Assembly (NCBI GenBank): GCA_030390025.1
Contig: CM059432.1
Location: forward strand, 86,864,001 to 86,928,000
Direction of reading: 5' to 3'
Length of the DNA: 64,000 bases
DNA from: Squalus acanthias
Taxonomy: Eukaryota
Positions 1 through 13,380 of this stretch are shown here, in pieces. The position numbers and the translations under genes were made by a program. Numbering within the stretch: the stretch's first letter is position 1; every line of letters begins with the position of its first letter. The notes under the pieces are model-generated. The model ran no database searches. It saw only the letters and a program-made list of their open reading frames with translations, and had not been told where the DNA came from.

Positions 1-327
1 AAATTATGCATTATTTCCTTGAATGTTAGCCATTGTATGTCCACCTTCATACCTTTTAGTGAAGTCTCCCAATCTACCATGGCCAACTTGTCCCTCATAC
101 CCTTGTAGTTTCCTCTGTTTAGATTGAAGACCTTAGTTTGAGATTGGACTACATCACTCTCAAACTTAATGTAAAATTCAATCATATTATGGTCACTTGT
201 CCCTAAAGGCCCGTTTACCACAAGATTATTGATTAGCCCTTTCTCATTACACAGTACCAGATCCAGAATAGCCTGTTCCCTGGTTGGTTTCTCCACATAC
301 TGATCCAGGAAACCATCTCGCATGCAT
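1..327 (-). mobile_element. CR1 LINE fragment (endonuclease region), runs off the window edge
   Basis: Reverse complement of 7401-7728, encoding LDLVLCNE..LGTSDHNMIEF motifs. Confidence 0.9.
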
Positions 328-905
328 CGAGTGTCTCACCTCCTGACTCCCCAAATCCTTCCCACCAACTACAAGGCACAAGTCAGGAGTGTGACAGAAT
401 ACTCTCCACTTGCCTGGATAAGTGCAGCTCCAACAACACAAGAAGATAAACACCACCCAGGACAAAGCAGCCCGCTTGATTGGCAGCCCATCCACCACAT
501 TAAACATTGACTCCCTCCACCACCGGCGCACTGTGGCTGCAGTGTGCACCATCTACAAGATGCACTGCAGCAACTCGCCAAGGCTTCTTCGACAGCACCT
601 CCCAAACACGCAACCTCTACCACCTAGAAGGACAAGGGCAGCAGGCGCACGGGGAACACCATCACCTCCAAGTTCCCCTCCAAGTCACACACCATCATGA
701 CTTGGAAATATATCGTTGTTCCTTCATAGTCACTGGGTCAAAATCCTAAAACTCCCTCCCTAACAGCACTATGGGAGTACCTTCACCACTTGGGACTGCA
801 GCGGTTCAAGGTGGCTCACCACCAACTTCTCAAGGGCAACTGGGGATGGGCAATAAATGCTGGCCTTGCTAGCGACGCCCACATCCCAGGAATGAATAAT
901 AAAAA
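328..905 (+). mobile_element. Jockey/CR1-group LINE ('family B') 3' end
   Basis: Translates YKAQVRSVTEYSPLAW, QDKAARLIG and SLHHRRTVAAVCTIYKMHC; ends in an A-rich tail. The same family recurs at 6670-10880, 55445-57020 and 59740-61720. Confidence 0.85.
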
Positions 906-908
906 AAG

Positions 909-2900
909 TATCCAATTCCCTTTTGAAAGTTATTATTGAATCTGCTTCTCCCACCCTATCGGGTAGTGCATTCCAGATCATAACAACTAGCTGCGTAATT
1001 TTTTTTCCTCATGTTGCCGTTGGTTCTTTTGCCAATTACCGTAAATCTGTGCCCTCTGCTTACCGACCCTTCTGCCACTGGAAACCGATTCTCCTTATTT
1101 ACTCTATCAACACCCTTCAAGATTTTGAACACCTCTATCAAATCTCCTGTTAACCTTCTCTGCTCAAAGAACAAACCCAGTTTCTATAGTCTTTTCATGT
1201 AACTGAAGTCTTTCATCCCTGGTACCATTCTAGTACATCCCCTCTGCAGCCTCTCCAAGGCCTTAATTTCCTTCTAAGTGTGGTGCCCATAATTGGCCAC
1301 AATACTCCAGCTGGGGCCTCACCAGTGTTTTATAAAGGTTGAGCATAACTTCCTTGATTTTGTACTCTATACCTCATTTATAAAGCCAAGGATTCCGTAT
1401 GCCATTTTAACAGCCTTCTTAACTTGTCCTGCCACCTTCAAATACTTGAGTACATACACACTCAGGACCTCTCTGTTCCTGCACCTTTAAAATTGTACCC
1501 TTTAGTTTATCGCCTCTCCTCATTCTTCCTACCAAAATGAATTACTTCACACTTCTCTGCGTGAAATTTCACCTGCCATGCGTCTTCCATTTCACCAGTT
1601 TGTCTATGTCTTCCTGAAGTCTGTTACTATCCTCCTCACTGTTTACTACATTTCAGAGTTTTGAGTCATCTGCAAACTTTGAAATGACGCCCTGTAAATC
1701 TAAGTCCAGGTCATTTATATATATCAAAAAAAGCAGTGGCCCCAGCACTGACCCTTGGGGAACACCACTGTCTACCATCCTCCGTATGAAAAACAGCCAT
1801 TTACCACAACTCGCTGATTCCTTTCCTTATCCAAGCTGCCACTGACCCACCTATTCCATGAGACTCAATTTTGTTAACCAGCCTTCTATGTGGTACCTTG
1901 TCGAACGCCTTCCTAAAATCCATGTAGACAACATCCAATGCATTCCCTTCATCAATCCTCCCTGTTACTTCATCAAAAAATTCAATTAGATTAGTCAAAC
2001 ACGATCTGCCTTTTACAAATCCGTGTTGGCTCTCCTGAATTAGTTTAAACCTCTCCAAGTGCCCGTTAATTTTTTCCTTAATTATTGTTTAGAACTTTAC
2101 CCACCACTGATGTTAAACTGACCAGCCTGTAGTTACTCGGATTGTCCTTACACCCTTTCTTGAACAATGCTGTCACATTTGCCACTTTCCAATCCTCAGG
2201 CACCTCCCCCGCATCTAGGGAAGATTGGAAAATTATGGCAAGCCCTTCCGCCATCTCCTCCCCCAATGCCCTTAGAAACCTGGGATGCAAGCCATCTGGA
2301 CCAGGCGACTTGTCCACTCTAAGCATACCCAGCCTTTCTAGTACATCCTGTCTATCAATTTTCACCCCTTCCATTGCTTCGACCTTTTCCACTTCTACCG
2401 ATATTTTGTCAGCATCCACCTCCTTAGTAAACACCAATACAAAGTACTCATCGAGTATTCTAGCCTTGTCCTGCGCCTCGAAGCATATATCACCTTCTTT
2501 GTCCCGAATAGACCCCACCCCACCCCACCTCTTACTACCCGCTTACTGTTTATATGCCGGTAGAAGATTTTTGGGTTCCCTTTTATGTTAACCACCATTC
2601 TACTCATATTCTCTCTTTGCCAATCTTATTTTCATCTTCACATCCCCTCTCAAGTTATTGTATTTGGTCTGGTTCACCCTTGAAGAATTCACCTGACATT
2701 CATCATACACCCTCTTTTTTTTGTTTCATAAGAACAGAAGAACATAAGAGCAGGAGTAGGCCATACGGCCCCTCGAGCTTGCTCCTTCATTTAATAAGAT
2801 CATGGCTGATCATCGACCTCAACTCCACTTTCCCGCCCGATCTTCATATCTCTTGATTCCCCTATAGTCGTCATCTTCTCTATCTCCCTGGTCATCCAAG
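909..2900 (-). mobile_element. CR1 LINE (decayed RT), with a short CR1/HE1-type 3' tail inserted at ~2727-2868
   Basis: ORF fragments SQHGFVKGRSCLTNLIEFF, DFRKAFDKVPH, KSPGPDGLHPR and RRLTGDLIEVFK. Confidence 0.9.
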
Positions 2901-4722
2901 ATGCGTCCAGGATTTCCCACATGGCACAGGATGTGCAAATCACGGGACTGAGCTGCCTAGCCATGCCTCTATCTACCAGACTATGGAGGTAATTTAGCAG
3001 AAATAAACTTAAAACTTAACAAGAAACACTCAACAGCTAACCACCAATCAGCTCTTCCCTCTATTAGATAGGCTATGAACTACTTAGCAGAAATATACTC
3101 AAAACAGAACAAAAAAAAAAACTTAGCACTAATACTCACCCTATACTCACCTCTCAGCTCCCTTGTGCCAGCGACACCTTTGAATTCTGACGTCACTCAT
3201 TCGTTGTGTCGCTTGCCGACTGTCTCCCTCACAGGTAGTCCGCTCACTCAGACTAACTGGTCTATAGTTATCTGATTTATCTTTCTCTCCAATCTTAAAC
3301 AAAGTTATTGCAATGGCTACTCTCCAGTCGCATGGCACAATGTGCCAATTTAAGGAAGATTGAAACTCTATTGTAATATATATTATGGAGACAGTTTCTG
3401 CTCTCCGTAAGCCCATTGCATGCTGCTGCAAAAATACAGAGAACAGCACAAGTCATCATGCTAGAATGTCATGACAGGGTGCTCCTAATCATTTTTAAGT
3501 TGGGGACAGTCATGGGGAAACACCCTTTAGCAGCTCACATAAGAGTTTAATGTAAATTAAATAAAGTTACTTTTTCCAATCAGATTCTCCAGCTTTTTGC
3601 AATGTAGTTTGCCAATGTTTTCAGTGCTGAGCTTGTTCTCTTCATCGTATGCATGCGCCATAAATGCACCAAGGCGCACAAACCTACTCATGGCATTTTG
3701 TGAGCCACGAGTAGAGGTATCAGAACTATGGAGATCAGGTTGTTTACATTGCTAAGTGCCACTGACAGCAGGAATGTCTAACATGTACTTCAATGACACT
3801 CCATCGTGGTATTAGTGATTTTGAAGTATTAAAATACAAGAGTAGCCTCATTACTTGTGAAAAGATGCTCATTTGAGACAGACTATGTCGCTAACTTTTC
3901 TCTGATTGCTTCAAATTAGGGCTATTATGAACAGATACATGACCAACTTTATTTTACATTAGGCTAATAATGTCAATTTAACATTTGAGGTTTAATTTAA
4001 AACTAATACTTGAGGAAGCACCTGTACCTTCAATTTATTGTGCCCAGAAAGGCAATTAAGATGGCTCCTCAGTTTGCTACACTAATTCAGTCTCAGAGAA
4101 ACATGGTTTCTTGGACAGAAAAAGGCTGTTCAGAAAACATAGCAGTCTCCAGTCAGCTGCCAATCTATTGAGTAGGGACCACTAGTTATTTCTATTACTA
4201 GATTCGGTTCATGGTGCTCAATGTACCCAAAATATTCAATACTGGCCAGCTGATATTAGCATTCAGAATGGGGAAATGTACTGATGAATGTTCATTAGCC
4301 ACAGCTAGCTAGAGAGACAGGTTCACCACATTCATTGTTCAAGGAGTTCTTTACTGCTTGGGAGGCTCAATGTGGATAGCTTCTAGGAGACTGAATTTTT
4401 GCTGAACAAACAAAAAATGCAACTGTCAAGGTTTAAAATCACATGAAATGGAATTAGTATAAATTTATCAAAACTCTGCAAATAATTTTCATCAGCTAGT
4501 GCTTTCAAGTGAACTTAAAATGTGATTGCGTAATATGTTGGTCACCAAACTGTAGAATAGATGATAAAACATGGGATTTTCTGGGTTTTCATATAGTTCT
4601 TACTTTGATTTAGTGCGTTATTTTATATAATTAATTTTACCAATTTCCTATTAAGTAGTTAAACATACACTTACAGGAATAAACATTGCAGTCATCAGGT
4701 TCTATCTGTGTACAAGTATTAC

Positions 4723-4825
4723 CTGAGGTGAATCAAAAGGGTAACGACTGCTGAACTTGAAGAGAAGCTGAAATTTCTCCCCTTCATATAATGTGCCAGG
4801 AGCTCCTTCCATGTCTACAATCCAC
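4723..4825 (-). CDS. UBE2W: UBE2W coding exon 3 (Q-WIVDMEGAPGTLYEGEKFQLLFKFSSRYPFDSPQ)
   Basis: 103-nt exon with a tttgcAG acceptor and GTAATA donor. It completes the split CA|G codon from exon 2. Intron 2 is 34,331 nt; later exons are not in the window. Confidence 0.96.
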
Positions 4826-5120
4826 CTGCAAACATAAAATAAATTACCTGGTCTGTACAGAACTCTAGTTATTTATCACACATCCACGTCAACATAACAC
4901 TCTTGCCATCTCGCTAACTTTCTGTTAAGGAAAACAATCAAGTGATGGGACATGTAACTGCACCTTCAATTACCCACATAATCAACACTTGATTTCCATC
5001 ATATTTTGAGACAGACCAGCATAGCTTTCCAAATTTATCAATATCCCACAGCCTGGCAGTTGAGAATGGAGACCCACTGAGTAGCAAGATTGCTGAGCGT
5101 TAAAAGGTGAAGGAGAGCAA

Positions 5121-6650
5121 GAACAACTTGCATTTATATAGCACCTTTAACATAGAAAAATGTCCCAAAGCACGAGTTGTTTTAAAAAAAAAGACAGAGG
5201 CAATGATGTAGAATATTAGACGGGGTGATCAAATACTTTGTCAAAAAGATGGATTTTAAGGGGGTCTTAAAGGCAGAGAGGCAAAGAGGCTTAGGCAGGG
5301 AATTCCAGATCATGGGGCCTATGCGGCTGAAGATGCAACCGGCAGTGGTGGGGTGACTTGGGGGAGGGGAGCATAAAAGCCCAGAGTCGGAGGAACATAG
5401 ATTTTGGGGCAGGGGATGTAGGGCTGGTGGAGGTTAGAAAGATAGGGACAGATGAGATCATGAAGGGATTTAAACACAAAGATGAGAATTTTAAATTGGA
5501 GCCAATGTAGGTCAGCAGGACTTGGTGCAGGATAGAATTGGGCAGCAGAGTTTTGGATGAGCTGAAGTTTATGGAAAGTGGAGGATGGGAGGTTGGCCAG
5601 GAAAGAATTGGAATAGTCAAGTCTGGAAGACAAAGGTATGGATGCGGGTTTCAGAAGTAGATGGGACGAGGTAGGACAGAGGTGTAGAATGTTATGGAGG
5701 TGGAAATAGGCAGTCTTTGTGATGGACAGGATATGTGGTCGGAAGTTCAGGTCGAAGTCAAATGTTGAGGTTGCAAACAGTCTGGTACAGCTTGAGTCAA
5801 TGTTCGGGGAGGGATTGGAATTGGTGGCAAGGGTATGGGGTTTGTGGCAGGAGCGAAAGATGATGGCTTCGGTGTTACCAATGTTCAACTGGGATAAACT
5901 GCAGCTCATCCAAGACTGCATGTTTGACAAGAAAACAAACACAGAGGCAGTGAAGGGGACAACAGTGGTGATGAGAGGTAGAGCTTGGTGTCCTAAGTGT
6001 TTGTGTAGAAGATGACACCAAGGGCCAGCATGCAGTCAAGGAACTGGAGGGAGCCGAGAATAGATCCTTGGAAACTTCAGAAGTAACTATAAGGAGTGGG
6101 AAGAGAAGCCGTTGATGTAGATCCTGTGGCTAAGTTCACATAGTTAAGTCAAAGGCGGTAGAGAGGTCAAGGATGAGGAGGAGGTATAATCCAGTCTCAG
6201 GATGTCATGTGACTTTGACTGGGGGCATTTCAGTGCCACGGCACAAATAGAAGCGTTATTGAAGAGATTCAAACATGGAGTTGTGGGAAAGCTGGACACA
6301 GATTTGGGAGACATTGAAGGTCCTAATAGCAAAGAAAGGGTGGTGTTGGAGCAGGAGTTTACAGGGCAGAGGGGTTATAGTTGGGTTTTTTGAGGAACTG
6401 TTGATCATGGCAGTTTTCAAAGGGAGAGGGAACCATTTACAATATCAGCTAACATGAGGGCCAGGAAGGGAAGTTGGGTGGTCAGCAGTTTAGTGGGAAT
6501 GGAGCCAAGGGAAAGGGAGGTGGGTCTCATTGACAAGATGAGCTCAGAGGCCAAAAGGGAATATAGGAGAGAAACCAGAGAAAGACACAAGTTTATGGGT
6601 ACGGCAGGGGAGAGCAAGGTAAAACAGATGAAGCAGCATAGACAGCTGAA
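5121..6650 (-). mobile_element. L2 LINE fragment
   Basis: ORF 5319-5942 has L2 C-terminal motifs (ITKTAYFHLHNI, SRLDYSNS, LQLIQNSAA). The tail reads aacaacttgcatttatatagc. Confidence 0.85.
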
Positions 6651-6669
6651 CGGATGGTCTGAATCACTC

Positions 6670-7200
6670 CACACGATATCAAGAAATGACTCAGCACAAT
6701 GGATACAGCAAAGGCTATGGGGCTCAACAATATCCCGGCTGTTGTGCTGAAGACTTGCGCTCCAGAACTAGCCGTGCCTCTAACCAAGCTGTTCCAGTAC
6801 AGCTACAACACTGGCATCTACCCGACAAAGCGGAAAATTGCCCAGCTATGTCTGGTCCACAAAAAGTAGGATAAATCCAATCCGGCCAATTACCGCCACT
6901 TCAGCCTACTCTCAATCATCAGCAACGTGATGGAAGGGGTTGTTGACAGTGCTATCAAGTGGCACTTACTCACCAATAACCTGCTCACCGATGCTCAGTT
7001 TGGGTTCCGCCAGGACCACTCAGCTCCAGACGTCATTACAGACTTGCTCCAAACATGGACAAAAGAGCTGAATTCCAGAGGTGAGGTGAGATGAGAGTGA
7101 CTGCCCTTGGCATCAAGGCAGCATTTGACCGAATGTGGCACCAAGGAGCCCTAGTAAAATTGAAGTCAATGGGAATCAGAGGAAAACTCTCCACTGGCTA
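6670..7200 (+). mobile_element. Family-B LINE, 5' part (interrupted by CR1)
   Basis: RT motifs ALGIKAAFDRMWHQG; the element resumes at 9751. Confidence 0.85.
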
Positions 7201-9750
7201 AGAAACAACAAAGGGCGGAAAACATTGGTGGGAGTTGTGTATAGGCCACCAAACAGTAGTGGTAATGTAGGGCACAGTATCAATAAAGAAATTAGAAGTG
7301 CATGTAACAAGGGCAATACGGTAATCAAGGGGGACTCTAATCTACATATTGACTGGGCAAATCAAATTACCACTAATGGTGTGGAGGACGAATTCTTGGA
7401 ATGCATGCGAGATGGTTTCCTGGATCAGTATGTGGAGGAAACCAACCAGGGAACAGGCTATTCTGGATCTGGTACTGTGTAATGAGAAAGGGCTAATCAA
7501 TAATCTTGTGGTAAACGGGCCTTTAGGGACAAGTGACCATAATATGATTGAATTTTACATTAAGTTTGAGAGTGATGTAGTCCAATCTCAAACTAAGGTC
7601 TTCAATCTAAACAGAGGAAACTACAAGGGTATGAGGGACAAGTTGGCCATGGTAGATTGGGAGACTTCACTAAAAGGTATGAAGGTGGACATACAATGGC
7701 TAACATTCAAGGAAATAATGCATAATTTGCAACATATATTCCTCTGGGGCATAAAAACCCAAAAGGAAAAGTGATCCAACCATGGCTAACAAAAGAAATT
7801 AAAGCTAGTATTAAGTCAAAGGAGGAAGCTTATAAAGTTGTCAGAAAAAGCGGTCAGCCTGAGGATTGGGATCTTTTTAGAAATCAGCAAAGGGGGACCA
7901 AGAAATTGATAAAGGGAAAATGGAATATGAGCATAAACTAGCGAAAAATATAAAAACGGATTGTAAAAGCTTCTATAGGTATGTGAAAAGGAAAAGACTG
8001 GCGAAGGTAAATGTAGGTCCTTTACAGTCAGAGACGGGAGAATTTATAATGGGGAATGAGGAAATGGCAGAGAAATTAAATAAATACTTTGTTTGTCTTC
8101 ATGGAGGAAGACACAAAAAACCTCCCAGGAATACGAGAAAACCAAGGGTGTGGCGAGAATGAGGAACTTAAAGAAATTATTATTAGTAAAAAAACAGTAC
8201 TAGCAAAATTAATGGTACTAAAAGTCGATAAATCCCAAGGACCGGATGACCTACATCCTAGGGTTTTGAAAGAGGTGGCCATTGGAATAGTGGACGCATT
8301 GGTTGTCATCTTCCAGAATCGATAGAATTTTGGAACGGTTCCTGCAGATTGGAGGATAGCAAATGTAACCCCGCTATTTAAGAAAGGAGGGAGAGAGAAA
8401 ACGGGGAACTACAGACCCGTTGGCCTCACATCAGTAGTTGGGAAAATGCTGGAATCTATTATAAAGGATGCAATAACTGGGCACTTAGAAACTAATAGTA
8501 AGATTGGGCAGAGTCAACATGGATTTATGAAAGGGAAATCCTGTTTGACAAAGCTATTGGAGTTCTTTGAGGATGTAACTAGTGGAGTAGACAAAGGGGA
8601 ACCAGTAGATGTGGTGTATATGGATTTTCAGAAGGCCTTCGATAAGGTCCCGCACAAGAGGTTGGTGAACAAAATTAGGGCACATGGAATTGGGGGTAAT
8701 ATACTAGCATGGATTGAGAATTGGTTAACAGACAGAAAACAAAGAGTAGGGATAAACGGGTCTTTTTCAGGATGGCAGGCTGTGACTAGTGGGGTACCGC
8801 AAGGATCGGTGCTTGGGCCCCAGCTATTCACAATCCATATCAATGATTTGGATGAGGGGACTAAATGTAACATTTCCAAATTTGCTGATGATACAAAGCT
8901 AGGTGGCAGTGGCAGTTGCGAAGAGGATGTGAAGAGGCTTCAAGGGGATCTCGACAGGCTCAGTGAGTGGGCGAGAACATGGCAGATGGAATATAATGTG
9001 GATAAATGTGAAGTTGTCCACTTTGGTAGAAAAAACAGAAAGGCAGAGTATTTCCTAAATGGTGAAAGATTGGGGCATGCAGATGCTCAAAGGGACCTGG
9101 GTGTTCTTGTACATGAGTCACTGAAAGTGGCCTTCATTACAAGAGGATTTGAGTACAGGAGTAAAGTCGTCTTACTTCAATTATATAGGGCCTTGGTGAG
9201 ACCACACCTGGAGTACAGTGTACAATTTTGGTCTCCTTACCCATGGAAGGATATACTTGCCATAGAGGTAGTACAACAAAGGTTCACGAGATTGATTCCT
9301 GGGATGGCGGGACTGTCGTATAAGAGATTGAGTAAACTAGGCCTGTATTCTCTTGAATTCAGAAGAATGAGACGGGATCTCATTGAAGCATACAAAATTA
9401 TTACAGGGCTTGATAGGGTGGATGCTGGGAGAATGTTTCCCTTGGCTGGGGAGTCTAGAACCAGGGGCAAAAGCCTCAGGATAAAGGGTAGGCCATTCAG
9501 GACTGAGATGAGAAGAAATTGCTTCACAGAGGGTGGTGAATTTTTGGAATTCTCTACCCGAGGGCTGTGGAGGCTCAGTCATTGGGTATATTCAAAACAG
9601 AAGTCGATAGATTTCTGACTAGTAAGGGCATCAAGGGATATGGCGATAGGGCTGGTGAATGGAGTTGAGGCAGAAGGTTAGCCATGGATTGGCAGAGCAG
9701 GCTCAAAGGGCCGAATGGCCTACTCCTGCTCCTATTTCTTATGTTCTTAT
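7201..9750 (+). mobile_element. CR1 (HER1-like) LINE, 5'-truncated, EN to 3' tail; RT ORF 8446-9618
   Basis: [32 protein letters not shown] and RPHLEY motifs, plus a 3' tail ggcctactcctgctcctatttcttatgttcttat. Confidence 0.93.
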
Positions 9751-10880
9751 GTCATACATGGCACAAAGGAAGATGGTTGTAGTTGTTGGAGGTCAATCAT
9801 CTCAGCCCCAGAACATCGCTGCATGAGTTCCTCAGGGTAGTGTCCTCGGCCCAACCATCTTCAGCTGCTTCATCACCGACCTTCCCTCCATCACAAGGTC
9901 AGAAGTGGAGATGTTTGCTGATAATTGCACAGTGTTCAGTGCCATTCACGACTCCTCAGATAATGAAGCAGTCCATGCCCGCATGCAGCAAGAGCTGGAC
10001 AACATCCAGGCTTGGGCTGATAAGTGGCAAGTAACATTCACGCCATTCAAGTGCCAGGCAATGACCATCTCCAACAAGAGAGAGTCTAACCACCTTTCCC
10101 ATGACATTCAATGGCATTACCATCGTCTAATCCCCCAACATCAACATCCTGGGCTCACCATTGATTAGAAACTTAACTGGACCAGCTACATAAATACTGT
10201 GGCTACAAAAGCAGGTCAGAAGCTGGGTATTCTGCAACAAGAGTCTCACCTCCTGAAACCCCAAAGTCTTTCCACCACCTACAAGGCACAAGTCAGGAGA
10301 GTGATGGAGTACTCTCCAATTCATTGCCTGGATGAGTGCAGCTCCAACAACACTGAAGCTTGACACCATCCAGGACAAAGTAACCCGCTTAATCGGCCAC
10401 CCATCCACCACCTTAAACATTCACTCACTCCACCACCGGCGCAACATGGCTGCCGTGTGTACCATCTGCAAGATGCACTGCAGCAACTTGCCACGGGTAC
10501 TTAACCGACAGCACCTCCCAAACCGGGGAGGGGGAGAAGGAGGAGGAGGAGGAGGAGGAGGAGGAGGAGAAGAAGGAAAAGAAAGAATTGCATTTATATA
10601 GCACCTTTCACGACTACCGGACATCTCAAAGCGCTTTACAGCCAATTAAGCACTTTTTGAAGTGTAGTCACTGTTGTAACGCAAGTCACACACCATCCTG
10701 ACTTGGAAATACATTGCCGTTCCTTCAGCGTCACTGGGTCAAAATTCTGGGACTCCCTACCTAACAGAGCACCTTCATCACAGGGGCTGTAGTGGTTCAA
10801 GGCGGCGGCTCACCACCACCTTCTCAATTCGGGATGGGCAATGCAACGTCCACATCCCGTGAACAAATAAATAACATTTT
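9751..10880 (+). mobile_element. Family-B LINE, 3' part, with a Deu/SacSINE-type tail and (GGA)n inserted at ~10523-10680
   Basis: FADNCTVFS, WADKWQVTF and LDTIQDKVTRLIG motifs. Continuous with 6670-7200 once the CR1 is removed. Confidence 0.85.
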
Positions 10881-12896
10881 TTAAAAAACCTTAGTGACAA
10901 AGAAGTCCGTGAGCTCCTTGCATTTGCTGTTGGAGGTGAAGGTGGAAGGGGCAGGGGAGAAGGAAGAGTTTAAGGAGATGGTCAGTAGTGCAGTAAAGAA
11001 GCCATCTTTGTTCTCTAGGATGATCCTGGACTAGTGGGTGGTTTTGGAAGTAATGAGTTTGGTAAATGCCCACACGAGTGGACAAAGAAATTTCAGGTTT
11101 CAAAATGCTCTCCAGCCTTTGTGATCACCTGTGATCTAGGAAGTGCATCAATCTGTACTGTCCCACAGAAAACTGGTTTACATTTTATTTGTGTACTTTA
11201 TTTCCAACCATTTTCAACATCATTTTCTTAAATATAATGTGGTCGGAGTTAATCTGCTAATTCTCATTAAAATACTTAAAAAGGGTTCACTACTCAAGCT
11301 ACATAAATAAAAAACCATTAACCTTGATATATTGTGGAAACTAATTTTCTCAGTGGCTAACTCAATATCCAACAGGATAACCACCAGGAATGCTGCAAGA
11401 CAAGATTCAAAATAATGTTTTGCTCTGTCACATATATACTAAATTCAGTAAGTGGGGCACAATTTTTTATTGAAAATTCATTGTAAGTACCTGCAGTACT
11501 TGTTATTCCTGTAGTTGGCATGGAGATAGGTATTTTCGATCTTAAAGTGTCACGGTTCCCCATCACAGCCTATGGCACAGAAATTATCTCTTATTTTATA
11601 GTGAGAGTAGATCACCCTGTGATTGGGCCATCTGGTCACTGGATTCCCACAATTTGATCAAACCGCTATTTGAATTTTTTTTTCCAATCATTTTTTTCCT
11701 TCAGTAACTAAAATTTCTGATGTTCAAATTAAGGGTTGAAACAAATTATAAAAAAAATTAAATTACATATTTCACGATAACATGATTACATTCAATCCCA
11801 AAAGCACCATGATTAAATGTATCCATTGAACAGTCTTTGAATACCTTCATTAAAATTCTTGCTTGAAAGCCTCAGCCTCTTCCAAAAGCCTAGACTTAGA
11901 TTTGATATTTTTGTCCAGAGTTGATTTTGGATTGTACAATCTGTGCACGTGCAGTGTCCCTAATTTCCCAGACTGCATCTATACCAGCCAACTGTCCATG
12001 CATGTGTATTTTTAAAGCAGTGGGTCATGTGTATGTTTTTTAAAACAATACAGTGTATTTATTTTTAAAAACAAGAGTCTGATAAATGCGAGTAATTATT
12101 GTAGCTTTTGTTATGCTCTATAAACTTCAGAAAGTGCATTAAGCCCACGGAGAGACAGTGTTTTCCTCAAAAATCACCAAGTACATTGCTCACAGGAATC
12201 CTTTAGAAAGTCACAAACCAGTGCCATCAGGCACGAGATCACACCCAACCAGTGCTGTCAGGCCCATGCCCTCACTGTTGACAGACTCCAAGAATCTATC
12301 AGTCAGCCAAACCTCAATCCCCAGTTGTGCCAAACCTCACTTTCGCCTTCCACAGCTCAGCCATACCTTAGGGTTCCCCTCCAGTGATGCCAGACAGAAT
12401 GATCTCCCCATGCTGCCAAACTACAGCAGCCCCACTTCAAAACTGTCAAACTCCAGCACATCCACCCCAGTTCTGCCAAGGTCCAGGACCATTCCATTAT
12501 GCAACCAAAGCCTAGGACTACCACCAATCGCAGCTAAACTGCATTCCCCCTCACCAGTACCACTAAATACTAGATATCTAACTGCAACTGGTACATCTTG
12601 CATGCCATCATGCATTGTATTCTCAGCTTTAAAAATAGTAAGGGATAAAAATGAGGTATGGGAATGAGTACATATAAATTATATATATTCCAAGTTTAAA
12701 AAAAGTATTCTGGGATTTTATACTGGCGTTTTGGGATTAAATTCCACAACTCCTTCCATTATTCTTGGAAAACTGCCAAACTCCAGGACATCCACCCCAG
12801 TTCAATTCCACTATGCAACCAAAGCCTAGGACTACCACCAATCACAGCTAAACTGCATTCCACCTCACCAGTACCAGAAAAAGTGGGCAGCGCTTC

Positions 12897-12981
12897 AGGA
12901 CCTGAAATGTTAACTCTGTTTCTCTCTCCATAGATGCTGCCTGATCTGCTGAGTGTTTCCAGCATTTTCTGTTGTTATTTC
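12897..12981 (+). mobile_element. Penelope 3'-terminal fragment
   Basis: Matches 27829-27905 (gacctgaaatgttaactctg...gatgctgcctga.ctgctgagt..ttccag); lacks the CTGANGA half of the ribozyme. Confidence 0.75.
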
Positions 12982-13380
12982 TCAGAAAACTCAGTGGTTT
13001 TTATATATACACACACGCATGTAAGGTGTACCAGGTAGAATAGCCATAGCACCCCCACCACCACCACCCCCCGCACAAATAAACCAGTAAAAAAACCTGA
13101 CTTAAAAAAAATGGAATTTGATTTATCACTTGCTGTAAATCAGTCACCCTGATGTTTTGTCCTACAGGATATAAACATTCCTATTGTTCTAAAACAGAAA
13201 ATCCTCTGATTCACCATAAGCAATGCCACAGATCTACTTGTACTTGACTGAACACACAGCTAAATTAGCATTTCAGTAATCTCATAATTGTAATGAAATT
13301 TGTTAGTAGAGAAGAGAAAGTAATAACCTTTAATCAGTATGTCAATAATAGAATATTAGTGAATAAATAATTTTACATAA

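Noticed and set aside
3430..4720. UBE2W exon 4 (VMFTGENIPVHPHVYSNGHICLS...)
   Set aside because: No matching sequence was found between exon 3 and base 1; it presumably lies outside the window.
8446..9618. 390-aa RT ORF as an active LINE or host gene
   Set aside because: It is part of a 5'-truncated CR1 with upstream frameshifts and stops and an internal deletion.
12158..12667. 169-aa Ser/Pro-rich ORF
   Set aside because: No recognisable domain or splice context, antisense within a UBE2W intron, and it overlaps a local duplication.
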